64,000 nucleotides of DNA from Trichoplax sp. H2 (taxonomy: Eukaryota), in the NCBI GenBank assembly GCA_003344405.1, contig NOWV01000134.1, forward strand, positions 62,001-126,000, given 5' to 3'. The notes beneath the pieces were generated by a model that saw only the letters and a program-made list of their open reading frames with translations, ran no database searches and had not been told where the DNA came from. Made by a program: the position numbers and the translations under genes. Below are positions 23,584 to 35,808 of the stretch, piece after piece. Position 1 is the first letter of the stretch. Each line of letters begins with the position of its first letter.

Positions 23584-26500
23584 AATGAAGGATCGAATTT
23601 GGGTATTTGAATCTTGCAAATTTATTAAAGACCGAGCACTTTTAATCCACTCTTTTGCAGTTTATAAGCATGATTTTACTTAGTGATTGTGCAGGTATTG
23701 ATTTTATTCTCGATTTTATTATAGTACGTGTGTAAAAACTGATTGAATATTTCAGTGAAGTCAGTGAATTAATTCTTGAAATTAAAAATTTGCTTGTACT
23801 TTGTTTTGTTCTTCAACTGTACAATCATAATTTATTGGCTATGAATCATTATCCTGACCTTAAATATCATTCAATTAATTAATTTAATTTTAATGCATCG
23901 ATGGGCTTTATTATATCTATAATATATTCACATCAAAATATAATTTATTCTTCAACAGCAGTCTCGACTATTTTTCTTTAAAATTCGAGTTAATAAGATA
24001 TTCTTATTGTAGTTGTCGTCATAAGAATACTCTACAAAATACCGATTCAGAATAAGCGACGATTCAACTATTCCTGTGTTAAGCGGTGATTTGCGATACG
24101 CCCAATTCAGTCCAATTTTGTCAAGGTACATATAAAATGTATTTGTAATAAAAAGTGACAGTAATCATGAAATTATATTGTTAGTAAATCTTGTCTTGCG
24201 AAAATATTTTTCATGTAAGCGAATGCCTTCATGAATTCATTAATTACTCGACTGTAAGATGACACTTTGTATGATATACTTGTACGCAACATGCTTAACG
24301 TCAAGAAGTTTAAAAATGAGCTATAAGATGGACTTGATTCGAGTTGCCAGCTCAATGTACTGTCAGCTAATTGTTTGGGTAATAGGTTTTTATTCATCAA
24401 TTTGTAGTTCATTGATCAATCGAACGCATTGTATAAAACCCCGCAAAATTGCAATCCAAAATCAACTACGGTCTAGAAATGGCACGTCATACTGGCATGG
24501 TATTGATATTTTTGCATTGGAGTTTTAGAAATTCATCTTTAAAAAGGTGCACTCACTTTCACAAAGTTTTGAATAAAAGTAGCCAATACTCGTTGTGTAT
24601 TTAGGGTTAGAAAGTGTATCATTTGTAGTTGAGAATGTAGTATTTGGTTTTCATTTGTACTGCAGTCCTACGCTGTCGATAATTTTTCGCGCATCAAAAT
24701 GGGAATGATTGCTAGGACCATGTTGCGGTCAAGATCCATCGATTGTCGAGGTTTCTCCATCCGTCCGTCTACTACGCCGAACGCGTCATGACTAATGGGA
24801 TGACACCATTTTATTTTGGGGTGAGACAGGGACAAAAAATCCAAACTTGGAATGTCGTTCCACAGTAGTCAGTCAAGCCACCACGGTGTCCATCAACACG
24901 CTACAGTTTGCCTCTACACCGTGATAGTTCGGCGTGATCGACTTGATTGAAATGGTTTGACGACATTAGAAAAGCAAAAGCATTCTGAGTACGGTATTAT
25001 TATGTACAGTACACTGGTTGTGTAGTAATATCTCCGTGGATATGACAGTGGTACTGTAGATTTTTGTATTTTGGAATTTTTTTTGCCTGTTAGAAAACTG
25101 AAAACTTTGCGCTCTACCAAGCAACAGTACCGACGTGTTGTCATGCTGCACAACTGAACGACGTGAAGCGCAATGGCGTATGATACCATACCATCGTCAG
25201 GCATGATGATGTCAATCGTACGATACGGTGTAGTTACTGTGGTACAGTACCGTCTTGTATTGTTGTACAGTACAGTACAATAGAGAAAATGGAACAAAGT
25301 ACTGTAAAATTTCAACCCTAGTTACGGCCCGATGTTATCAGGCGCCAGTACTGTGTCTACTGTACCAGCAAACAGCTCGTCGCCAGGTACAGTACTGTGC
25401 TCAAGCGTAAACAAGCGACAGTCACGTGATATAGTACAGTCTTGTACTTTACACTGTACACTGTAGCCTTCAGCTGCAGTCCATCTTGCCTACAGACGGT
25501 ACAGTACTGTAGTCTCCCATACTACCATATAGGCGATTACCAACGTCTAGGCTACTGACGACAAATGGTCATCTCAGACTCTAGCATCAAGCCAGTAATC
25601 ATATCGCCGTCAGGCTATCGGTTTGGTAAGGTAGGTTGCCTTTACTGTAGGCGTTTTGCCCCAATTGTTACAGTGGCAGAATACTCTACCGTCAGCGTAC
25701 ATGACGAAGAGCAACATTAGAGATTTGCTACAATCCTAGTACTGTACCGTACAGTGGGTACAGCAAAGGCGCGAAAGTATACAAGTAGCCTGTACGTACG
25801 GGAACAGTGTTTAGTACGGCTGTTACGGTGAAGTAGTTTGGCGCGCGTTTACGTTCTTCATTTTCATAGTGTACAGTTTTGCTTTGCTGCTTGTCCGACA
25901 CTTTCAGCGGTCGTCATAGTTGATGCAAAAGTTACTGCACCTATCTATCACTACCAATACAACTTTTTAAATTTACTATAGAAATATTTTGTAAACTTTT
26001 ACTGCTGTAAGGCCAATCCCTTGCCAAATTTCTCTTCTTACAAGCTATTTTTACACGCAATATCTTTGGAACAGATTGGATTGATCTGGAAATGGCGCGA
26101 TTCAAAGCGACTGCAAGAAAGAGTGACTCATGGCAAGCCAAGAAATTCTTCTATAAGAAAGTGAGTAATTGTGTTGATGTTGTGGATTCCATGATACTCT
26201 TATACTTCATGTTCTATACCGGCTGCAATAGTATGCATGCCATGGATAATCATCCAAAAATATTTCCGGGTAGAATATTATTTTGAGGATGGGTAAATTT
26301 CCACACGGCAAGTTCTCTATTATAAAAGAGGTCGAAAAATTTTTTTCCAGAATCTCACTTTAATGTAAAATTGTTTTTCAAGTTAATAAGGTAATATGTG
26401 TCTTATACTCGTTTATGCACATAGTAGTGAATGGATACTAGCGTATTAGTTTATTTTAATTTTTTATTAAGTACAAGTACGTTGGAGTTAGATGATCTGC

Positions 26501-28358
26501 TAGTCGCCTTTCATAGTATTGCAAGATTTTAAAGAATTTTCTCTTTATTTCTGGTGAAAAATTTGGGAACTTTTTTATTATGTATATTCTAATTTTATTT
26601 CTACGCGCGCCATTCTACTTGGGTAATACCGTCGATTTTTCTGCTTGTTCAAAATTGTATCCATTGCAATAATTGAGACGCTATTGCTGCTGTAGCAAGC
26701 AAATACTCAACAAATCATGATCGCTGCAGTGTTTGTATCGGACTGCATTGATTTCTACAGGCTTACTCAACCAAATCGCCGCTTTCTATCGTGGACTGTA
26801 GTGCGCAATAGTTTAAACTAGTGGTCGCTTTGAGAAAATGGAAACCAAGACTGTCGAAACAATGTAAACTGAAGTAAATTGCGTTATACTACACTGTTCA
26901 TTGACAGTACAGTGGATGGAAGTGTTGACGGTGACCCAAGTCATATACGAGTATATACAGTATATTATATATTATAGATTGTGATGATGATACGTTCGTT
27001 TGTGGTTTGTAGTATTAATTTTGTACCGTACGTTGGAGTCTAATGGATTAGACCTTCACGACTATAGGTGTGCTAAACAAGGACGCTAGGGCGCTCTCTA
27101 TGTTCTGTATTTTTCACGGCCTAATTGCAACAACATTATTATTTGTCCAAGAAAAAAAGAACGATGAACGTCCCAGTACCATATAGCCCCTGCAACTGCC
27201 ATAAACCCACCAAGAAAAAAAGAGCCAAATTGACCCAACTGTATCACATGATTCAGCCTCACTCTTGCCTACAGTAGATGTCACTGTACAGTACAATACC
27301 GTACAGTGTTTACATTGTACGGACAGTACTGTAGAAAAGATTTCCTTGTTTTGCATCCAGACGTCATACAGTACGTACTGTACGGTATTTTTATGTACCT
27401 TTAGGCGACTGTACTGAGTGTGCGTACAGTAGTGTTATTGGTAGACTTTTCTGTCATTTTGATACCGTAATCTTCATTGTCACCAGCGAGTTTACTATGC
27501 GTTTTCGTCCCTGATTGGTACCCAGCATAAGACACAGTATCTAGGCGCCAAGGAGCGCTCCATTTGAAAAAATAAAACAAGAGAAATCGAGTCCTACGCC
27601 TTAAAATGAAATTGACCGATAGTTTATAAGCTGATGAGAAAATGTAAACTTACATCATAGTATTCAACAGCCAGCTACAGTGATGACAGGGTTAACGAAT
27701 TACTCTTGCAATCATAACTCGCTCATGCAACCGAAATAGAATACCTTGCTATCAAATGAATCGATGCAAGGACTATGATAGGCCGTAAGATTGAGCATAG
27801 CTCACATCCACTTGGGCTTTACCAAATGGATGGTGGTATCACCCACCAATGAAGGAATTAATGAATTGAGAATCGTTATGTCATTAATGGTAGTTGATTA
27901 TTGCCTGACGGCAACTGGCAACGCATTCGGCGTCACTGGACTGCCTTGTTATTTCTATGCTGATTGAGCGATTGAAGTAGACATTGGTCTATAGAGAACC
28001 GTAGATGTAATTTACTAGCCTATGACAGGACGTACTGTACTGTTGTATATATGCACTTGGTAATTTAATTTGGATTTGTTGAGGACAATTCCATAGCTTC
28101 AAGTCAGGATACAGTACTGCACTGTATGTCTACGATTGTTGCCAAGGTGTTATTACCTTACTTTCAAATATCAACGATTACTACCAATTAAATGATTGCT
28201 TGCGACACTGATTCCTAGATTAGAATCCTGAGGCTGTGTGATATCTTTACGAAGTGTTGGTAGATTGCTAAAATTGACTACTGGATCGTGGTTCTTTTTG
28301 CACCTACCTATAGCGATTTGTTGATTTTAAAACTTTGATCTCTTTTTTTTTGACTTAG

Positions 28359-31063
28359 CTGACCGTAGAGAAGCTAAATGCCTTGAAAACTCAGATGAGA
28401 TCGCGAGATCTGAATACAGTTTTAACTGCTATCCGAGAATTTTGCCAGCATTTGCGAAATAGAGGTATCTTTGACAAGTAATTTGTAGAGCTCTAAATAC
28501 AATCATCTGGCGCCTTAAATTACGAAAAGTTAGAATGTTCTTTCAGTGATTCACTCAAAATATAAAAGATATAGAGTTTTCGTTACGAACTAAAAATAAT
28601 TTTGTAAGACCGAAGTGTCCAATACACTCTTTTGAGAAGTTTCTTAATTTTACCCATTCCAATGTGTGGTAGAATGGAAATAAGATGACATTTGCTAAAT
28701 AGCTAACTTATTATCTAACACAATGGATCAATATTATTGTTGATGCGTTTAGAATACAGAAAGTCTCTTATTCGACAAATTGTCGACTCCGAGCTTGTTC
28801 CAGTATTTGTAAAATTTTTGCGATCGCCAAATGCTGAAATTGTTACTGAAGCCAGCTACGTCTTAGCCGTTGTTTCTAGCGGAAAAGTAGACGAAATGAG
28901 GCAAATTCTTAATGATTTCCCTCGTCACCGCTACCCGAAATTGTTGGTTAGTAAAGATGTGGATCAGGACATCACTAAAGGTGCTATTCGCAACACCAAA
29001 GCAGTCGTACAAGCCGGTGCTGTGCCTCCTTTGATTGCATTGCTTTCACATGATGATGATGATGTCAAGCAAAATGTATGTATAACCGTAAAGTGTAGAT
29101 ATTTTTGAAATTAAACTTCAGTTTGAAAATCTATAAAAATAATGTTTACTATTCCGCTTTGGTGTAGTGTTTGTGGACCATAGGAAGTATCGCAGAAGAT
29201 TGTGCTAAATACAGGAGCGATTTATTAGCTCAGAATATTTTGCCCCCACTATCTCAGTAAGGATTCTGTGAATCGAGTGTCTTGACAGTACTTCTGTACA
29301 AACTTGTGAAATAACAGTGCTCTAGCATTTTAAGCGTTTCACTTGACAATAGTACAGAAGTTTTTTTCTTCGAGGCTTGTCTTATTATAATTCTGTAAAT
29401 AAAAATTTTTCCAAGCGGAACAATCTAGTAATCCGTTAATTATGAATTATTTAAAGGATTCTTGAAAATGAGATGGCAAACCAAGAATTGTTAACTTATG
29501 GCGCATGGGCTTTCCGCTGTCTTTGTTATAAAAGGATAGCGCGTTCAGATAAACACGTTGTAAGTCATAATGGATCAACATAAGATGGAAAAATTAATAT
29601 CGAAAATCATTTTTTAAACTTAAATATAAACCTTGTTTCTTGAACTTCTTCAAAGATACCTGCCGTAATCCCCATGGTTTGGCAGCTTCTTCAGTCTGAA
29701 AACATTTGCATTCTTAGTCATGTAACATGGTGTGTTGCGCGGCTGACCGATCCTACAAATGGAGCGATAGTCGATGAGCTTATAAACGTTGATCTATGCA
29801 AACGACTGATAGAGTTGATCCCGTAAGAATTACGTCATATTTCTGTACTTGATCTAGGCTATGGTAGTTATATGATAGATCCTTGCTTAAATATTTAGGC
29901 ACCGGTATACTCCTCTGGTGAAGCCAGTAATGTTAGCAATTTCTAACATCATATCTCGTGGCCCAGTGCAAAGAAAGGTATTTACACGACCTTGTTTTTA
30001 GTCGATTCGTGCAGTACGATTAGGGCATAACCACCCGTATCCAAAAATTGTCTACTTTAGATGCTAGTTGATTGTTCACCTTGGCAAAATATGGCTGTCT
30101 TTACTGACTATTTACGATGCGACAACAACATTTTGATGGTTTTATGTAAAGTCGCATGGAAACTGATGTCTGATAAGGAGCAAATCCAGGTCATTAGAGC
30201 GTTGCGATAATAAATATAATCTGTATCTTTGTTACTGTTATGAAAAGTGCGTTTTATTCTAAACCAAATGTATATTTTTAAACGATTGAAATGCAACAGT
30301 CCGCTATCGATTCCCAAATTCTGCCTAACTTGATCAGAATTGTACGCAAGAGAAGAGGCAGGAAACTACCTAACGAATTAGTAATGCTTATTGCCGATGC
30401 TGTTTTGGGTTCTGATGATCAACAGATATGGTAAGAAATTACTATCAAAAAGAATCTCTTCGTTAGGTACTAATATGGCCACTATTGTAGGTATATTGCT
30501 GATCAAAAGGCTGTCAGAGCTTTCTGTCTTACGTTGCCCAAAATATCAGATACGGACACGCTTCATGACGTTATTTCTGCACTACAAAGTATTTTGCGAG
30601 TTGGTGAGGATGTTAGGAAATTGGAAAATCAGTATGAAAATGCGTATGCTGCTGAATTTAAAGCTAAAGGTTGGTTTTAAAATTTCTGTCACTCTAAATA
30701 GTATTTTTAGTGATAGCACTTAGGCATGTAATCAAAATATCTATGACGTGAGAGATTTTTGGCTGTATCACATTTAATGATTAAAAAGCCTTAGACATGT
30801 AGTGGAAGTGAGATTTTAGTAGTTTTTCAAAGATATGTCTCAATTAAACTAGCTTCTTTTTTATTTTGCGAAAAGACGTTGAGTTTATGCAATCATTGGT
30901 TCAACATCAAGATAAAGCTATTAGCAGGAAAGCACGTAGTATCATGTCTAAACATTTTCGCCAAAAGAGGAAAAGGACAAAACAGCAACCACAACAGCCA
31001 CAGCAAGAACCACAACAAGAGCAACAGGAAGGACAACAGGAAGAGCAACAACAAGAAGCTTAA
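28359..31063 (+). CDS. Divergent importin-alpha-like armadillo-repeat protein, multi-exon (5' end uncertain; candidate first exon 26092-26160)
   Basis: GT-AG exons at approx 28359-28464, 28753-29075, 29168-29256, 29457-29559, 29657-29822, 29899-29977, 30061-30189, 30300-30430, 30491-30669 and 30876-31063 splice into one open frame. It contains TKAVVQAGAVPPLIALLS, CLWTIGSIAED and AIDSQILPNLI, collinear with the importin-alpha ARM repeats. Confidence 0.82.
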
Positions 31064-32409
31064 TATCTAAGAAATAGAACAATAACCATTGATGTCGATT
31101 TTAGCAATATTGAACAGTATTTTACGATAATATATTAGTACATTTCGATGCCGTTAGACCTCACAGCACGGAATTGCCATACATTATAGATGGCTACGGT
31201 TTCTCTTGATTATGACTTTTAAATATTCATTCATCTTTATCAGTTAACACGCTAATCCAGTAGCTTATATAACATGTCCTTGTTTATGTATAATTGTCAA
31301 ATTGATGTAGAATATCATCAAACAAAAGTGGTTGTCATAAAAGCCAGGGGTGGACCCTTTTTATAGATTTTATTTCAACTACTATTAATTTCTTTAATGG
31401 AAATCATTAGTAATTGTACTGTACTACTCGTGTAAAGAATCCCATGTCAGGAAACCGGCTAGACATGTAATGCATAAACGCTAAAATATATTTTATTCAG
31501 TTCCGAATGTTTGTAATAATGTAGTTGATGCTAGATGTGATTTTAAGCCACCACAATTTGTGCATTGGGCAATGTGAAATTAGAATCCAATACAGTACAG
31601 TATTACAGTTAAATATTAATTAGGTAGAAGGTATACGCCTAATTAAGTAGATTAATTTATTATTTTAATTAAGTTGACTGTAAGGAATCGTAGGGCGACA
31701 AACGTAGATCTACATGATGGTTGCAGAATGAAGATGTTGCAATTAAGTTGATCACACTATTTTAAAGCAAAGTCATGAGTCTCTTGTTCGTTAAGGTTTA
31801 TTAATTAACTATTAAAGCTATAAGAAATCGATCGATGTTGTGTCGAATGTATATTTCCATTTCGCTATTTGGAAGATTGTGATGGCCATTAAAGTGACTG
31901 AGTGCACAATCTATCTATGGAATACAAGCCTAAATACGTGCATGCCCTACGCAGTAAACCGTAGATCGTATTTTATGCAGAAGCAGCCTACTGTTAGATA
32001 GCACATCTTAAATACTGTATTTAACGAAAAATTTGTAGTATTGCTTAAATACGTAATTATTGGCATTAGAAATTTCTGATATACTTTATTGAAAGAACTG
32101 GTAGTTTTCGTAAAATCCTAGCATTACAAGAGTAATAGCAAGCACTGATAGCCGCATGCATATTACAATGCTATGTAATGTTTAGCGTCATTATACTGTA
32201 ATTTACTGGTCAAGAGCGTTGTGATAGTTTTGCCTGCACACAATGTTACGCTGCATTGCTAAAAGCAAGTTATTGTACTATACTATAAATCCCTAGTCAC
32301 ATTTAGCTATTTAAAGTGTTGCTGTTACAACCAGAACTGGTTAGATTAAAATTTCGTTATTTATATTATGTTTATAATGGTTCGAATCGGTGTTAAGTGC
32401 AACTATTAT

Positions 32410-35400
32410 TTAGTCTTCATCTAATCTTTCACGAAAGTAGTCTTGATAGTACATTTCTAAGAGAAAATGCGCTCTCATAACTATGGATTCGTCTTCATCT
32501 TCTAGCAAAGCTTCCACCTTTTCCAGTTCTAGAATCAGTTATGAAATCGAAATGTGCCGAAAGTGTGCCAGTTTTGTTATAATTGCCTTAATTAAAGGAG
32601 ATTTTAAGACTCACCCGTTTCTCAGTTCCTTGAGAAAATGGATTTTTAAGACTTCTCATTTGCTGCTAATTTTTTCCAAGCCAGCTAATGCGACCTGTAT
32701 CATTTCACTGTTATCGGTTTCGGATAGTATGGTAAACAAAGATAGCATTGCCCTATGTTTCACCTAATACCTATTTGCGTTAAACAGTGTTGCGCGCATT
32801 TATGGATTACTTTATGACTCGTAATAGCTAATAATACTGATTTAAAATATAATTAATGATTTGAATGTATCTGTTAACATATAGTAATTAATTAATAATG
32901 ATTGGCCTATTAGATCCGTCAATGTTTTCAATTTATTTCGTTAAAATTCTAAATTACCAACGAAAACTGAATGCAAAACTACACTAAAACCGATATATTA
33001 CTAACGAATAACAAGTTTAAATCTAATCAATAACTCCGCGCTAGCTCTCTCTCTCTCTCTAGCTTATACGGTCTTAAATGCTATCTATTTTATGCAGTCA
33101 TACTCAAGCACAAATTACTAATTTCAGTCAATTATACTACATTAGGAACCATATCTAAATCTCGATAATTAATACTAACGCTAATCATAGCATCAGCAAT
33201 AAATACCATAACATGAACATAATTACGTCTTTACCAAATTTGTTCATCACTAGCACTTAAGGCAGCATTAACAATGGCTAACACTACCTGCTCATTAAAT
33301 TCTGGATCATAATCTTCGTCAGCCATATCTAATGTCCATGATATTAGTCCTTCACTTATACCAATCTATTCGATATACGATTAATATTAACAATCCTACA
33401 CGGCATTTATACCTCTGATCAATATTAAGTGATAAATTCGAAAATAGGGCTTACTCCCATTTGATCAAAACTGCCCCCTAATATCTTAGCAATTGTACTG
33501 CAAAATTCTCGATAATTATTATGGCTGTTTTCTGAATCTGTAATTTCTAAAGTCGATGCAATTCCGAGTAAGAGGGAGCATTTAAGCATAGTCTAAATAA
33601 ATAATAATATGGTTCGGAGCTTAATATTTAACTTCATAACCAAGGTTATAGATTGAATATCCAGTATGCCATGGCAATTATCATCAAGAATTACCTTTCT
33701 TTCAGCATTATTTTCGGTAACAATATTGCCGATAGTCCTCAATATTGGCAATTAAGTAGATTTCTTCGTATTTCTAACAGTTCGAAGGTGTATAAATTAC
33801 CTTGAGCATAATATTCATAATCTACAGATGATAATTATAGTGATAAAAGTTGGATAAATTAATTGCTTTAGTAAATTCATAAATCGATCGCACATTTCCA
33901 TAGTGACTATATTATCAACTTTTGGTTACGAAGGATCTATCAACACTGCTAAACACTAACATACTTCATACAGCACTTTCTCCTTGTCCAAATGGAGGAG
34001 ATTTAATAAATTTGGCATCGCACTAGAGACCTACCAACAAAATACGCAGTATTTCGACGTACATAACTTATGTGATCTCAATTACGCACAGTGGTAAAGG
34101 CTATTAAGCTATATAGGGCTAGATGAGTAGATAGGTAAACATATCGGTAAGCAAATTTATTGGCATATAAAAGTGCCTCTTACTGGAATACTAACAATAG
34201 TTATATTCGACGGCGGGCGCGTATATAACTGAAGATTCTGAAAAGTCCATAATGCGCAATCTTGTAGTTTTGAATCTTTAGCTACCTCAATTAACCTATT
34301 GATGTGCAAATTGAATTAAAAGAGCGATTAGATGTTAATAAATTTTCAAGAAGGAAATTTTGCTTCTATATTGTTATAAATTTTCATCGGCTTAGGATTT
34401 ATAATTATAATGAGATATCTTTCTATTGGCAAATCACGAAATTACCAAATTTGATAGGTAACACATACTCGTACGTACAGTAAATTCTTATTTGCTGTTT
34501 ACTCTTGAGATCTTACGTAGTAACAACGGTAATAAATTTTGCTTTAATGCTTCATTACGATAACTATCACTTTCAATAACGATATTCCCCAACGTCAATA
34601 CGCACTGCATATGAGCAGAATTGAAAGGGCAGCAAACTGCTATAGATATTCCACTTTCGATATATTAAAATAACTAGTCAGGTTATAGAAATATAATAGA
34701 GTTCATGTATAATAATAGCTACGGCCGTAGTTTTTAATAAAATAACCTGTACAACGACCTTTAGAGGTATTCATCAAAATACTTTAAACGGTAACGCATT
34801 ACAGCAAAGTCAGACCCAGTTTTATATTAATTAAACCGGTTATTTTGCCATAGCAGGTTAAAGAAAGCTCACATGACGATGATATTAGTAAAAGAGCTTA
34901 CTTACATTTGTCTTCATGTTAATATTATCGTTTTTGATGCATTTTATGAGCGGCACTAATGCACCAGTCGCTACAATCGCTTTTAATTCAGATGCTTTCC
35001 CAGAAGTTATGACAGATAGTATAGCAGTAGTACGCTCGGCTATACGATCGCTTTGATCTTCTAATAGCCGTACTAATTTTGAAAGGATATCTGATTGTAT
35101 AAAGAATTTTGTTCTCCAGCGTTCTATGCAAGTATGAATAACAGATATTAGTTGTAATAAAGAGAATTTGAGCGGAATCATCGCTTTTATTCCACCAAAG
35201 TATTACTTCATACGTAGATTAGTGTATGAGCTACAAATAAGCCCAAGAGTTAGCATTAACTGCAAGGCATAAATTAATTACACTAACATCTATCAATTTC
35301 GCTAAATAAGTTACTGTTGAGTTATAATAAATAATCCATCAAGATATTTATCAGCATGGGCGCATACCTTTGATACTTAAGAAACGAATATTCCGTGCAG

Positions 35401-35808
35401 CATTGCATACGATTTTTGAATCATCTGATTTAATTTCAGAGATTAGATTCTATGTGAAATTAAGCCGTAACATTTCAAAATTTAAAGCCTTTGTCAAAGA
35501 TTTTTATAAACTAACACCGACTGTGGTAGCGATTACAAAATGAGGAAATCTGAACTTAGGAATTATTTCGTCCCATAATAAAGCAACTGAGATAAAAATT
35601 ATCGTTATTGAAATTATTATTCTGTAAAATAATTTTAAGTATTTGCTTGCAGTTCGTTATCGCAAAATTAATCGAGCCTATAGCTACACTGTAGGTGCAT
35701 GAAATTGAGAAATATGGTGTTGATCTAAAAGTTAACTTTTTTTACCTTGATATGAAAACGAAGCTTATTTCGCCTTGGATTTTTAACCTTTTGATGTTTA
35801 CGTTTCAT
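32410..35808 (-). pseudogene. Importin-alpha-like pseudogene, paralog of the + strand gene
   Basis: Same exon layout (NLISEIKSDD..; ..ITSGKASELKAIVATGALVPLI..; CVLTLGNIVIE; LRTIGNIVTE; ..LEKVEALL). In-frame stops at 33956-58, 33926-28, 33752-54, 32764-66 and 32656-58. The ATG at 35808 is tentative. Confidence 0.82.

Noticed and set aside
24914..25315. 133-aa minus-strand ORF
   Set aside because: The Y/C/T/V-rich translation simply reflects the tacagt/actgta low-complexity motifs.
28465..28752. GTATCTTT donor as a second U12 intron
   Set aside because: It mismatches the RTATCCTT consensus and has no CCTTAAC-like branch site close to the acceptor.
35537..35677. Hydrophobic stretch (IIISITIIFISVALLW) suggesting a membrane-anchored importin alpha
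   Set aside because: Exon assignment is uncertain, the frame has a stop, the gene is a pseudogene, and AT-rich DNA readily yields I/F/L runs.
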